From assembly GCF_006345805.1 (NCBI RefSeq), contig NC_042997.1:123628001-123692000 (forward strand): 64,000 bases of DNA, read 5' to 3'. The notes below the pieces were generated by a model, which did no database searches, was not told the origin of the DNA, and was given only the letters and a program-made list of their open reading frames with translations. The number at the start of each line of letters is the position of its first letter. Positions within the stretch are counted from its first letter, which is position 1. The stretch is from Octopus sinensis (lineage: Eukaryota). Of the stretch, positions 15,091 to 28,690 are shown piece after piece. Made by a program: the position numbers and the translations under genes.

Positions 15091-15329
15091 CGGTGTGAGA
15101 ATATGGTTAAGCATTAGTTATTCTAGATAAGATGTGAAATACAAAGTGAAGTGGAGGAATGAAAATAGATGTGCGATACGCAGGGATACAATAGTTCGAT
15201 AATGTTCACTCCTCAGAATGTTGAAATGTATTGTTCAGGAACAGTGCTTTTCTCAGAGATGTGTACCATCTATATGTCGAGTCCTTCTCTGCACACTGCA
15301 TGTTGTATCGCTGCAGTAGTTCTTTCATC

Positions 15330-15480
15330 AAAATATAGGAGCTGTGTTGTATATGAGATCATCTGTGGCAAATGTCACGCATCCTACATATGAAGCACAA
15401 GAATACTGCACATACGCATAAAAATTACAATATAATTTAGTTATTATATGTGGAAAATGGATCTTAAAACTCAGATGCGT
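15330..15480 (+). mobile_element. PLE GIY-YIG endonuclease relic
   Basis: SCVVYEIICGKCHASYI*STRILHIRIK resembles the PLE motif VVYxIxCxxCxxxYIGxTxRxLxxRIKEH. Confidence 0.7.
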
Positions 15481-15509
15481 TTAATATTGATATTAATTTA
15501 ACCTTGTGC

Positions 15510-15770
15510 ATGTAGATTTCTCTCTTCCCTTGCGTTGAGTAGTGGGACTTCAGCCTCTAAAATGAATTTTTTTCCTTGATGCACAAGTGGCATTTCTTAC
15601 TTTTTACATTATATAAATGTGTGGAGGCAGGCCTTTCCATTCTAAATCAAAACTAATATTTTTATCGTTCAGCTCCCAAATATATTTATTTAATGCGGTC
15701 GAGCTAATCTTATTTCTTTTTCTGAAAATGTGTAGGTGCGCGGCTAATCTATGCTTTAAAAGTGCTTAAG
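15510..15770 (-). mobile_element. PLE (Naiad/Chlamys-like) GIY-YIG C-terminal relic
   Basis: HRLAAHLHIFRKRNKISSTALNKYIWELNDKNISFDLEWK, then after a frameshift KCHLCIKEK. These match the LSKYIWELK and CxLCxxEK motifs. Confidence 0.7.
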
Positions 15771-15990
15771 GCTTTTGTACAAAAGCCTTAAGCACATTTA
15801 ATCTATGTCCGCTATTAAATTTGCGTTCATAGATCTATGGCTGCAGTTATACAACTTCTTGGGAACTTCTTGCGATCACTTACTGAGCTTAAGCTCATTT
15901 TATCTATGACCTTAATATCTGCCTCATTTATGTCGATGTAAACGATGGTTCAGGCATTCATCTTCGGAGCTGCAAAGTTAGAGAGTTGCA

Positions 15991-16073
<83 letters not shown>

Positions 16074-16139
16074 CATATATATGTATGTGTGCGTGTGTGA
16101 GTGTGTGTGTATATATGTATATGTGTGTGTATGCATGTG

Positions 16140-16850
16140 TCTACGTTAATCCAGACATATCTTTATATGCATGTAGAATTTACGAATGCATTTGTATACG
16201 TTGTGCTTCATATCGCCAAAATACTTTTGAGATTTTAGCATTTCCTTATATACATCATAGCAATCAAGAATATTCAGATTCGTAACACATGAAGTAGCTC
16301 GACACTTGTAAACATAAAATCTAAAAAAAAACTTAGAGAATCTCACTTTGTTACTTAGGATTGTCGATATTTTCGAAAGCGAATTATTTACACATACATT
16401 TAGGTTACCCCCAAAATAGTTCCCTAATTGTAAAACATCTACTTTTGGCGCTGGAACATAGAATTATCCTCCATGTGTTCTATGTTTGTTTGGAAATCTA
16501 AATAAACGCAAATTATATCCGTTCTAGAGTGGCGTATATATTATTTTCCCCCAAACTTGATATACAATTTTGATAAATGTCTGAATCCCTCATAATATAT
16601 GTAATACAACAGACGGTTTCCCCACACACTATACATATAATAGATCTTGGAAATTAATATCAATACTGTCAAGTTGAAACTTACAATCGATTTTCAAAGA
16701 AATATTCTCTCGAAATGAAATCTAGTTTACAGTTTCTTTTTTTCTGATATTACAGTGGTATACTTTCAAAATGTTTAAGCTTCATCCATAAATTCTTAGA
16801 ATATCCCACTACTGTTCCGGGATATTTCTCTAGCCTTCACGTGCAAAACA
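16140..16850 (-). mobile_element. Probable PLE relic (GIY-YIG-like)
   Basis: ORF 16146-16346 has VYK...KYFGDMKHNVYKCIR, a weak resemblance to YIGETxRxLxxR. It is heavily decayed. Confidence 0.3.
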
Positions 16851-17131
16851 ATTTCTTACCAGTATTATATTTCATATTGCTCTTACTCTTTACTCTCTCA
16901 TTTACTTGTTTCAGTCATGTGCCTGTGGGCATACTAGAGCACCGCCTTTAGTCGAGCAAATCAACCACAGGACATATTCTTTGTAAGCCTTCCACTCTTT
17001 TTCTCATCAGTTCTTCTGCTATCAGTTCTTCTGCCGAACCGCTAATTTACGGGGTCGTAAACACCACCAGCATCGGTTGTCAAGCGATGTTGGGGGACAA
17101 ACACAGATACACAAACATATACATATACATA

Positions 17132-17169
<38 letters not shown>

Positions 17170-17279
17170 ACACATATATATATATATATATATGTATGTC
17201 CCGGGTTGATTCGGGGTTAACCACAGTAAATAAGGTACTCAATACATAGCAGAGTAAAATTAATTTATTATATAGAAGG

Positions 17280-17330
17280 AGCTTCTACAGGACTAGAACT
17301 GTTTCATTCAAGAGAAATCTTCAGGAAGCT
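17280..17330 (-). ncRNA. Type I hammerhead ribozyme motif (left arm)
   Basis: Reverse complement of 17766-17816. Confidence 0.75.
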
Positions 17331-17765
17331 AGTTAACAAGAATTGTATTGGCATTTATACATTTAGGCAGGTTTAAAGGGGTGGTGGTGGGGGACTTTTT
17401 GGGGGTAGGCATAGCGCAAAATATCATACTTGGGGGAGTGGTCAAGGAGTCAGTGGTAAATTAGATAGAAGAATAAATAAAAGAATAAAAAAATATATAA
17501 AAGAATCGAGTTTTAGGTAAATAAGGAGATTTATATATGTATACATATGTGTATAGGTATAAGTGAGAATCTCCTTATTTACCTAAAACTCGATTCTTTT
17601 ATATATTTTTTTATTCTTTTATTTATTCTTCTATCTAATTTACCACTGACTCCTTGACCACTCCCCCAGTATGATATTTTGCGCTATGCCTACCCCCAAA
17701 AAGTCCCCCACCACCACCCATTAAACCTGCCTAAATGTTAAATGCCAATACAATTCTTGTTAACT

Positions 17766-17816
17766 AGCTTCCTGAAGATTTCTCTTGAATGAAACAGTTC
17801 TAGTCCTGTAGAAGCT
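17766..17816 (+). ncRNA. Type I hammerhead ribozyme motif (right arm)
   Basis: AGCUUC-CUGAAGA-U-UUC(UCUU)GAA-U-GAAA-CAG(UUCUAGUC)CUG-UA-GAAGCU: 6-bp stem I, canonical core, 4-bp stem III, predicted cleavage after 17810. Confidence 0.75.
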
Positions 17817-20816
17817 CCTTCTATATAATAAATATATATATATATATATATACGACGGGCGTCTTTCAGTTTCCGTCTACGAAATCCAATCATAAGGCTT
17901 TGGTAGGCCCGAGGCTATAGTAGAAGACACTTGTCCAAGGTGCCACGCAGTGGGACTGAACCCAGAACCATGTGGTTGGTAACCAAGCTACTTACCACAC
18001 AAACACTGCTAGACCTTGATATATTTTTACTAATGATTAGTTTCGTATTTTCATAAAATATGATTGTATCACTAATTATCGTTTTCATAACTTTGATAGA
18101 TTGAAGTCAAAAATAAAATTGGAGTCACATGAATGAAGAATAAAGTAAATCTCGATGTATATTTATGCACTCTGAACACTCACTACAAAAAATGTAATAC
18201 TAAAGAAAAATATTTAATATTTAGTCAGAAGGAGAAAGCATTGTGTTCATGGAATTTGAATGTCCCTGAAGAACAGTGAGCTAAATTCAAATAATTTAAT
18301 TTCAATAGTTGTAAGTCGATGTCAGACTTGAAGAGGTATCCAAAAGGCTAAAAATCTAAGAAGAATGACAACTGCCGTTAGTGGGAGACGAGGATATGAA
18401 GCAAGTGATGTGTCACAGGGGATACTTATTCATGACGATGTGACTAATTATTGTGAAGAAAAAATCCTTTGTCCAGAGTTGGCGGCGTGGTGAGAGAGAC
18501 TACGCAAATGGCAATAAATGCTTTTGGACTGTATATAGAAGTTGATATCGTGTTAGGGGGGTGGAGAAAGAAATTTTAATGAAGAGTTTCCGAATGTTGA
18601 CAATTTACGGCTGGATGAGAAAAAGAGTGGAAGTTTTTTTTTGTATGTGTACTGCTTGGTGAGCCATTATGCATAACCTATGCTCTATTGTTAGTTACAG
18701 GAAAATGCTGGAGGATTTTCTGGAAATTGAATGTATATAAGAGCGAAAATTTCAGCGGCAGAATGCCTTCTAAGGTGTTTGATCCTCGAAGGTATATTTT
18801 CATTAATTTTTGTAATAAAGTTTCGCATGATAATAAAAAATTCTGTCATCTGTGACAAATTTCTAATAATTTAGAAAAGAAATCATGTAACTTAAATTTC
18901 CTACAGCTTACATAAAGGAAGAAGTGAACGTAAATCAGTAATATGCTATATAAACATGCACGGCACTTAATAAAGTTCGCTCGAAGTTGTAACGCAAGAA
19001 AATTATAGCTGAAATACATTTTATGACGGATTGTTCAGGAAGTTGCAGCGTTTTTAATATTTTATTGATATATTAATATATTTATTGATAAATGACGCAA
19101 TCAACTTTTGTAAGGACATAAAGTTCCGTATTGTATCTGGTTTTGTTACAAGATGACATATGAACATAGGTTTAATTTGTTGTATTCTTAGAGTTAGGAA
19201 TTTACCAAATCATATATCTTTCTTAAAGTCCAAATACATTAATACTCCTTGAAATTATACTCCTGAGGCTATACATTCATGTTGCACATATATTTTCTTG
19301 GTTCATAATAGCATGTTTAATATAGCATTGCAGAAACATCGACAACCTTTGTATATTGTTATATGCTAATTTTCTCTCGTAAACGGGAAGACATTTAGAA
19401 ATTAATGCAAAAGAAAAGTACGGACTTGTCAAATGCAAATAATACATTGATACATAGAAAGTTCTTACGATTCAATAAATTTTGTGACGTGAAAATCTAG
19501 AAGTGTAAATTATTCAGTAGGTTACTTTGTTGGGTACAGTAATCATTTATTATAATCTTGTTTCTTTGTTGTTGTTTTTTTGTGCAAGTCTTACGCCCGA
19601 AAATTTGGCCTTATTTTGTTATTCACGCTGTAACATTACACAATTATTTGGTTCGCATTTTCATTTATTTCTTTAGAGTTTAAATTAAATTAGCTTGTGA
19701 TTGTTTACCCCATTCGGATATTCATTTAAAGGGCGTTTGATTTGCCGATTCGTTACAGTGACAAGTAAAACGTTTACTGCTCATATAATTCTCACTTCAA
19801 ATTTTATCAAAGTCAACTTTGCTTTTCACCATTACGTGTTCGATTATTAAGTACTAGATTCGGGAGTAATCAATTATCCTCTTCACCATAATTTCTTCTC
19901 ATGTGCACAAATGAAAAACTATTCGTACATGTCGGCGTAACCATCGACAGCTTTCCCGTATATATCTGTTTATTAAATACTATAATATGTTGCTCTTCAA
20001 GATTTTTAGCAAAAGTAGCCTCTTTCATAATCTGTTTAGGCTATTCGAATGTCGTGCAAATAACTCTAACGCAACCGAACAATTGACAACCTTTACATCC
20101 AGCTTTAATAAATTTTATTAGGTTGTAAATATAGACAAATATAGTTTTGTCAATGAATATTTTATTTCAGAAACGGAGAAGCATTTTCATCATATTCGCA
20201 AATGATATATGTTATAAACTCCATCAGAGGTCTTCTAATTAGCTTAAATAAATATCTAATTTCCAAACAATGAGAGATCTTAGAATCAGGCATAAAATTA
20301 AACTATGAGGTACCGCCGCGTCTCTATTTACGTCAATATATTTTCTGTTTTAGAAGAGAAAAAGAGTGGCAGTGATTTTTGCAGGCTTTGCAAGATTTTT
20401 GAAGTTAAATAGTTTGATTTTGCATTTGGGGTTCCAGAATTATCGTCTCCTTGAAAATAGCTGCATTTAGAATTTTTATTGTATATTATGTATTTAAATA
20501 GAACAAAATTTGAATATTCCAACATTATACATTAATATCAATGTATCGATGATATATGAGCACTATTTGAACCATTTTATATGTTAGTATACGGATTTGC
20601 ATATATTTTTGCCCATGCAAACGTATACATATTAATATATGCGTTCATAAAAAGGCAGTCACATTATATCTCAAAAGAGTATAAAAAAGACAATAACAAA
20701 CATGAGTGTCAAAATTAAGTATCACGTTTTGAATTCAATGTTAAAGTCATCCCATGTGACAGTGTGTCTCTCCCTCTACCAAACAAATAATTTGTTAGTC
20801 TTAATAAAAATGTAAT

Positions 20817-21077
20817 GGAGGCACATGGCGTTGTGGTTATAGCAACGGACTCAAAGCTCAGACTGAGTAATGTGTGCGTTTATGAGCGAAACAATTAAGT
20901 TCCACACGGCTGAATCTTTCAACACAACTTTCTCTCACTCATTTCTCCTGTATCGAAAAGCTCACCTGTGATGGACCGGCGCCCTGCCCAGGTGGGGAAC
21001 CTATATGCCAATGCAAACGGGAAAAGAAACCGGCCCTTATGAGCCAGGCATGGCTCAAGAAGGAACAAACAACAACG
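20817..21077 (+). mobile_element. tRNA-derived SINE with family C head and a different (V/Meta-domain-like) 3' half
   Basis: The head and GAGCGAAAC...CAACTTTCTCTCACTC are shared with 619-1023. It then reads CCTGTGATGGACCGGCG...GGCATGGCTCAAGAAGG and a (CAA)n tail. Confidence 0.7.
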
Positions 21078-21973
21078 ATAAAATGTAGCATTTACCAAGA
21101 TATTCTGAAATGTCCGTTAACGAGGCAACAATAGATGTATGTATGCACGAAATAATCTGCATATTGTTGTTCGGTTCATCCTAACATCAACAAAAATAAT
21201 AATTTTCTTAAGAGTTTCTATGTCATTCAAATCACTTCACCAATTCAACATTTACAATTTGAAAATTATTTCCATGAAAATCCTACAACACTGGAACATC
21301 ATGACATATTAAATCCACGAAATACAGATAATGTGCAAGCATCTAAGTTGCAAATCACTAAAATCATTTAAAAGGTTAAATATTCAAGTATTAGGACATT
21401 TTCCATTTGAGGTCAGCGTGATCCTAACATCATTATGATGCTATTTTCTCAACATACTTAAGTCATTATTATGTAAGAATTTTACGAATTATATAACAAC
21501 AGCTCACAGAGAGCTGCTATTAGGTAAGTTGTAGTGGGGAAATTACTATCAATATAATTTGTATGCAATATATGAAACAAATGTATGTTAACTCCAGGCA
21601 CTAAAACGTTTTAAACTGAAAGAACAATTATGCGAATACCCAATATCAGGGAGAAGTCCTTAATGCACGTTCAATATTTTTTTGTACGATGTAAACAAGA
21701 TTACTGTGAGGCATCAAATGTATGTTTAGTTGAATAAATTCAGATTCTGCCACCGGGATTTCCGTTTCTACGCAGGAAACTGTTAAAAGAGGATGTCACG
21801 TGCATGAGTGTTAAAATAAACTAACACAAAATGCACTAACGTACATGATATAAACTCGTGCACAAACATTTGTATACACCTATGCATTTATATATATATA
21901 TATATTATATATATATATATACAGAGCGAGAGAGAAGAGAACAAGATATATACATATATATATATATATATTA

Positions 21974-22004
<31 letters not shown>

Positions 22005-22205
22005 TATGTATATATATATACATATATATATGTATATATGTATATATATATATACATATATATATGTATATGTGTATATATATATATAAGCAATTTATAT
22101 ATAAATATAGATAAATATATATATATACATAAGCAATTTATATATAAATATAGATAAATATATATATATATACATATATATATGTATACATGTATATATA
22201 CATGC

Positions 22206-22239
<34 letters not shown>

Positions 22240-23039
22240 TTGTGTGTGTGTGTGAGTATACATATATATATGGGAAGAGATATAGATGTATGTGTATGCA
22301 TGCTTGTATGTGTATGCATGCTTGTATGTGTATGTATCTCTATATGCGTCATTCTCACGCACATAGGATTGCATACATTGATACGTGCATATAGCTTAAT
22401 AGCTTGGTAGATCAACAGTGAGAGAGAGAGAGAGAGAGAAGAAAGAGAGAGAAAAAAGAAAGAGACAGATAGAGAGAAATCAGGAAATTAGAAGGAGTTA
22501 CATGCAAACTGCGGGAGCCAGCTTTTCACATTATTTAGATTTTGTAATATTTGCATTCAATTAGCGTATTTTTGTTAAGTCTTTCTTTTCGGACGAGGTT
22601 AATTTCCTAGAAGTGAATGCTTCACTTACATTTAGTACAACTGATTTAAAAAAAAGAAAAAACTTGAGATCTTTTGTAAAATAATATAGCTATGCAACGT
22701 ATTCATGAAAGAAAGATAGATTCGAGTTAAAATGTCCGATAGAATATAAAAACTAGCGGATACTAGCATTTAGTTGCTGAGTTTATGTTCATGTGTCATT
22801 TTACAAGAATATTCTGTATATAGTTGAATAGTTTTCAGCAACAGGCGTGTGTTTACTCTTCATCAGAGGGAACATGCATATACGTAAGAATATCTGTATG
22901 TGTGTTTGTGTGGATTACAGGTATGTTCACCTCCATCAATTTACTATGAGGAAAGTTTGCTGGGATGATAGTTTACCGAGATTATATATCCATTGTATCT
23001 CACCGTTAACAGTTAATAACTACAGCATTGAGAAAAAGA

Positions 23040-23176
23040 ACGGTGAATTGGTGCCGGCGGAGTTTTAAGCGGTGATTAGATGACGGTGAACTTTACTTGC
23101 GGTGAATTGATCACCTTGAATATTATGTGCGGCGAATTGATGACGATGAACTTTACCTGCGGTGAATTGATGAAGG
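23040..23176 (+). repeat. Degenerate 30-bp tandem repeat (about 4.5 units, GCGGTGAATTGATGAC core)
   Basis: Units start at 23069, 23099, 23129 and 23159, with a looser unit at 23040. Confidence 0.85.
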
Positions 23177-23540
23177 GGGATTTAATGGACATGATGTATG
23201 TATTCATTCGTGTAAGTCTATTATAGGCAGAAAAAGAAACACGGATATTCTTGATTTCATAAAATATCTTAACTGCCAGATATAATTTGTTTAATAATTT
23301 AGTGATAGTTGGGATTGAAATTAATTTGACGGAAACTGAAGTGGAGTCACATAGTAAATGTAATCCACACATTCATTGTCTCACACTGATCATGACTAAG
23401 AATTACGTCAAAGGTATACGTAACTGGGGAAATCTCAGCCACGTACTAGCTAGTTGATTGAGACGGGAAATTTCGAGTTTCAGACAAATGAGCAATTCTT
23501 GTCGAAAGACAGAGGAATGAAACCACACACACGCACACAC

Positions 23541-23578
<38 letters not shown>

Positions 23579-23629
23579 AAACATACACACACATACACAC
23601 ATACACGAACGCGTATATATATATATATT

Positions 23630-24022
23630 CCGTATTTAGTTTCAGCTGAAAGCTCTTGCCATGCAGGGGCACCGCTGGTTTGCTACTCAGTTATTATTGA
23701 GAGTCTCCTCAAATAATTGGGATCGGGTGAATAAGGGAGTTTTGATATCGCTACCCTCATTTGCACTGCCTGCTGCGGGTTAGGTTCATCTGGGACTCTC
23801 GACAGGAGGAGGTCCAATTTTGATTTGAAAATACTTACATCGAATTTGTGTAGGTCCTTCAGGCTCTTTGGGAGAATATTAAAAAGCTGTGATCATTCCC
23901 TGAAACCCAGGTGTTACAGTAAGTGGTCCCGAAGCGCGATAGGATTGCTGGGATTTTGGTATAGTGCAGTGACGACCTGTTCTGGTATGTGTGCAGATTT
24001 CAATGCAAAAAATGTAGCATAC
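23630..24022 (-). mobile_element. CR1/L2-group LINE 3' fragment
   Basis: THTRTGRHCTIPK...LFNILPKSLKDLHKFDVSIFKSKLDLLLSRVPDEP; same family as 29015-29755. Confidence 0.8.
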
Positions 24023-24064
24023 ACACACACATACACCACACACACCACACACCACACACACACA

Positions 24065-24122
<58 letters not shown>

Positions 24123-24137
24123 ATATGTATGTATATA

Positions 24138-25876
24138 TCTCTCTATATATAAAACTGAGAATGTGTGTCTGTCTGTCTGTATGTTTGTGTGTTTCCCTAA
24201 AACTTGAGAACTACGCAACCAATTTCATTCAGATTTTGCACAAGCCTTACTTAGGGTCTGGGGAGTGTCATAGGCAATTTTTTCTTTAACTTTTTGCCTA
24301 GAGCGAGCCCACAGCAATATGATATCTTCTCCAGTATGATTCCCTAAAACTTGAGAACTACCCAACCAATTTCATTCAAATTTTACACATGCCTTACTTA
24401 GGGTCCATGTAGTTTCATGGGCAAAAACATGTTCAACTTCTTGCCTAGGGCGAGCCCATAGCAATATCATATCTTCTCCACTATTTCAGTATTACGTGTT
24501 AAAAGTGAAACCAAAACATTTCTCTATTTTATGTCAGATACTTTCACTTTAACAATAAAAATTAGAGAAAATAATAACAATTGAATTATATGTCGTAAGT
24601 AATAATTGAAATCAAACTAAAGTATAATATAATCGTAAAATAACAAAAATAAAAATAGCAATTGGTATAAAATTGAATCAATGACTTGAACTTGAGTAAG
24701 TGGTTTCACCTGAATGGGAATAAATAAAAATAAAATTAGTGTGCAGAAATGGAATAGTCCAGATGAAGCTGTGCACATACCGTTTACCACGTATTTTACA
24801 TTAGATTATCTGCTAAATAGCTAGCATTAAGTATCTATATGAAGTTTGGCTGTATGTAACGTCTGTTTTCTCGAATAGCCTCTTCTACTGAGTACTGCTG
24901 TTGGTTTATTTCTTATACCTAAAGGACTATAGCTTCAACTACGCACTGCTTTTTGATTCACCGTAAGGTTTGTTATTATTATTACAGTTTAACTATTGTT
25001 ATCACGTTTGTTGGTTCCTAGTAAGGGAAACGTTGTTGTGTCGCATTTTTTAAATAATTGTAAACTGCAACCCTTCCCCTTTGGGAGAAGGAGCTTTGGT
25101 TATTGTTTAAAAATTGAATTGTGTCCCTATTTGGGGAAATTGACAATATTTTCACCGTTTACGCGGAAGCATTTTTGTTAGAATGCCGTCGATAGAAGAA
25201 TGTCCAAAGACGAATTTTGCTGCAGCCGTCAGCAGGCGCGGACTCATCAAAATTAAAATGAAAGAAATACAAACCTATTTCGGATTGATCACCGACAAAG
25301 ACGGTGAATCTAGGATGAAATAAAAAATTAAATTAAAGAAAAGTCTATTGTCTATAAAGTATACAGTGTAGAGAAACAAAAAGATTTGGACACCTGCAGG
25401 AAAGCAGCATCAAAAAGTATATTGGTGCGACTATGAAAGATATCTAACCAAAAGCGGTTAATTCGCCACAATAGAAACAAGGTTCGAGCCAACTGGGTGT
25501 GCAAGGGAGTACTCGACTCGAACCTTGAAAAGTGGAAATATTTTATTTTTACTTTTATATCTGGGACGTAGGATGACCTGGATATAAATTTAAAATGTCC
25601 CCCCAGAAGTAGAGGTAGGCTGGATTGTAGCCACACTTCTATACAAGAGGGAGGAGAAGATACAATTGATTGAAATTACAAGAGACGGGCCTACAATTCC
25701 AGTCTGTTATATATTTTGAGTATTGTTATCACTAGCGATATCAAGAAATAACTTTGTATTTTGCATTTTATGTGTAGATTTATACATATAGATGTACATG
25801 TAATATGTACACACATATATACACATATATACATGCACTATCACTATGACCCGGCAACGACGGGTCATAATGCTAG
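24138..25876 (+). mobile_element. Non-autonomous Helitron (5' end 24138; candidate 3' end 25876) with an internal 147-bp tandem duplication
   Basis: The 5' end is A|TCTCTCTATATATAAAACTGAGAATG, and the duplicated units start at 24193 and 24340. The 3' hairpin TATGACCCG-GCAACGA-CGGGTCATA is followed by ATGCTAG|T. Linking the two ends is inference. Confidence 0.65.
25240..25700 (+). mobile_element. PLE GIY-YIG relic
   Basis: IVYKVYSV...(frameshift)KYIGAT, consistent with the GIY...YIG motif pair; decayed. Confidence 0.5.
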
Positions 25877-26099
25877 TATATATATATAGATAGATATGTC
25901 TACATATACATACATATATATATATACACATATACATGCATATAAATATATATACATACATACGTACATATATATATATATATATATACATATACATACA
26001 TATATATATATAATGCATATACATACATATATATTCATATATGCATGCAAGATATTATGTGCTTTCATATAGTTATATATAATTCAGTATAGTAGATGT

Positions 26100-26640
26100 A
26101 AACAAGCTTGATGAAATAATTCCTGGTAAGCGGAACTGTATATTTTGTGCATAAACGATAATAACGAGATAATCATTCACATCTTCATCGATTAAATTAT
26201 TGATAACTGGGTGAACAATGAAGAGGGCTTTGTCAAATTGCCTCAACATATGAAAGTAAATGAATTGAAGTAAGGTCAGGAGGTACGTATCCCTATCAAC
26301 GTGAGTAAAATCAATATAATCAAGAAGTTTTTCTTTTTAAATCCTGAGAGAGGATGATCATTTATCAGTGAGATAAATGTGATCAATAAGTGAAAGGTTA
26401 TACACAAAATATGTGAAATGTCATCGATAAAAATAAAGAAAGGTTCTTTCGTTTATAGTGTTTGTAAATGTACTGATCTAAAAGAAGAATGAGTGGTCAT
26501 CATGCTATGTTTGATAATTTGAGATTATTGAAGAGATGAAAACACCACGTGAGTCAAAGCAGATTGACTATCCCCGACTTGATAGCCTCACCATAAAATG
26601 AAAGTTTACAAAGCTGTTAGCTTTAACGATTATAGTTAAT
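26100..26640 (-). mobile_element. PLE reverse-transcriptase relic
   Basis: Minus strand FIDDISHI...FISLINDHP resembles PLE RT YIDDIF...FxxxxNxxHP; many stops. Confidence 0.45.
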
Positions 26641-27156
26641 TCATTCTAAACTTCGCTTGAGAGGACTGCTAACTTTGAAAAAATAAATATTATGCCAAGC
26701 AAAAATTAATCACAATCTTAAATTTCGAGTCAATATTTAATTTGTTTCTTAGTAAATTTCACAATATAAACCTGAAGGTATATGCTTCAAATGTGTTCAT
26801 GGTTTCTTGGTTTTTACTAAAAACTTGACTTAACAGCTAAAGTTCAAAGGTTATAGTCATAAATAACAAAGAAAAATATCGATTTAAACAGGCTTCGGCA
26901 CAGCAAATAGAAAATGATTATGTTTTCAAGAAGTCGGGTTTATCCTTATGAAATATCGATCACAATTCGAACGAGAAACTGTTTGAATGACCTTATTATT
27001 TTAACAATAGAATTAGTTTTCGACAGCGTACATTGTTGTAATTGTCCAATATATATATGTAGTACCACCTAGCTATACGTACATATTTATTAATAAAAGG
27101 TTTGAATAGATATTATAGATTAAGATAATACATACACATGTACACCGCCCTCCTTT

Positions 27157-27192
<36 letters not shown>

Positions 27193-28562
27193 ATACACAC
27201 ATACATATACATATATATGTATATATACATATACTTGCGTATGTGCATGTGTCCACTCTCCAACACATATACTTATGTACATACATCGGTGTATGTAAGA
27301 GTGTATGTGTGTATGTGTGCGTGAGTTTTAGCCGCTGGTGTCTTTGAATCATAGGTAGGATATGCACCCTTTGTTTATAGCAGAAATTAAAATATATATT
27401 GAGCCATTGAACAACGGTATTGGTATATAAATCAACAGAAATTAAGTCAAACAATAGAACCACCAATTTAGTCCTTTCTTTACGACGCAACTCCGACTAA
27501 ACTTTGGCAATAATCGGTATCTTTTACATCTTTCATAAAATATAGTTTCTATGGTGTATTTTAGATTTTCTATTTTCTATTAATTCACGCTTCTTTGTTT
27601 ATTTAATAGCCAACTTTTGTTTTATTAGCGTCTTTATTTCTTTATTTCTCTTTTTTTTTGTAACGATTAATTTATATATTTCTTTATTGATGTTTTTAAA
27701 TCTACCATATATTGTGAATTTTGGAAATTATTCCCGATATAATATATCGAACAGAGTAAGGTATACAACAAATTTCACCTAAAAACGCTTACTAAAAATT
27801 AGGTAAAGAGGAAAATGAAAGAATCAGCGGGAGAGTGATAGAAAGTAAGTAAAAGAAAAAGAGCGTTGTAGAGAAAATATGTACTTTTCCTTTTCCTATA
27901 TTTAAAAGTAGAAATCAATTTCATGCATTGCTACACATTTGCTGGAGTCGATTAAGGTTCTTCGTTGCTGTGTATAAGCCTTGCGATTGTCCGGTAAAAG
28001 AAAAGTAACGTTTACGGAAATAGATTTCATTTGGCTGACAAGTGAAAATCACATTGAAATAAATTGGACATATTTTGGATATTTTCTACGCAAAATGAAT
28101 ATAATGTAGGCAACGTGTTTCTGTTAAATTCAGCAGAGTAATTACATATTCGATTGCACGAATAGTTTTCCTAATGCCTAAATTAACTTTCATATTTAGG
28201 AACAGATATTCCAACACACACACAGAAATATGAAAATATCTTTAAATTCATGCATACATACATCAGCACATACAAACACACACACATATGTATATGAATA
28301 TATATATATATAATATATATATATATTATATATATATATATATATAGGTATATACATATATCTATATATATAAACATACATATATATATGTGTGTATATA
28401 TAATTATATATATTATATATATATATACATACATATACATATACATTCATGAATATACATTTTGTGTATGTGTGAGTCCGTACGAGTTGTGATACGCGCA
28501 TTGTATGAATATTATACATACATGTATACATACGTACATAGATATATATAAATTTATATACA

Positions 28563-28594
<32 letters not shown>

Positions 28595-28690
28595 TATTTA
28601 TATATATATACATATATATATATATGTATGTATGTATAGCAAATGAAAGGCAATTTAATAAAGACAATGATAAAAAGAATTTATTATTAA

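Larger units (their letters stand above)
17200..17833. mobile_element. PLE-type inverted terminal-repeat element: arms 17263-17531 and 17568-17833, 36-bp spacer, about 60-bp tail on the left
   Basis: The arms are reverse complements with about 3 single-base indels and 1 substitution, and each contains a hammerhead fold. Confidence 0.85.
16880..18009 (-). mobile_element. SINE family A split by an insertion in its internal microsatellite (tail 16880-17195, head 17846-18009)
   Basis: The two halves are collinear and in the same orientation, and the foreign insert lies in the (TA)n linker. Confidence 0.9.

Noticed and set aside
23040-23176. 30-bp periodic repeat as a CRISPR-like array
   Set aside because: The units are contiguous and degenerate with no unique spacers, in a eukaryotic context.
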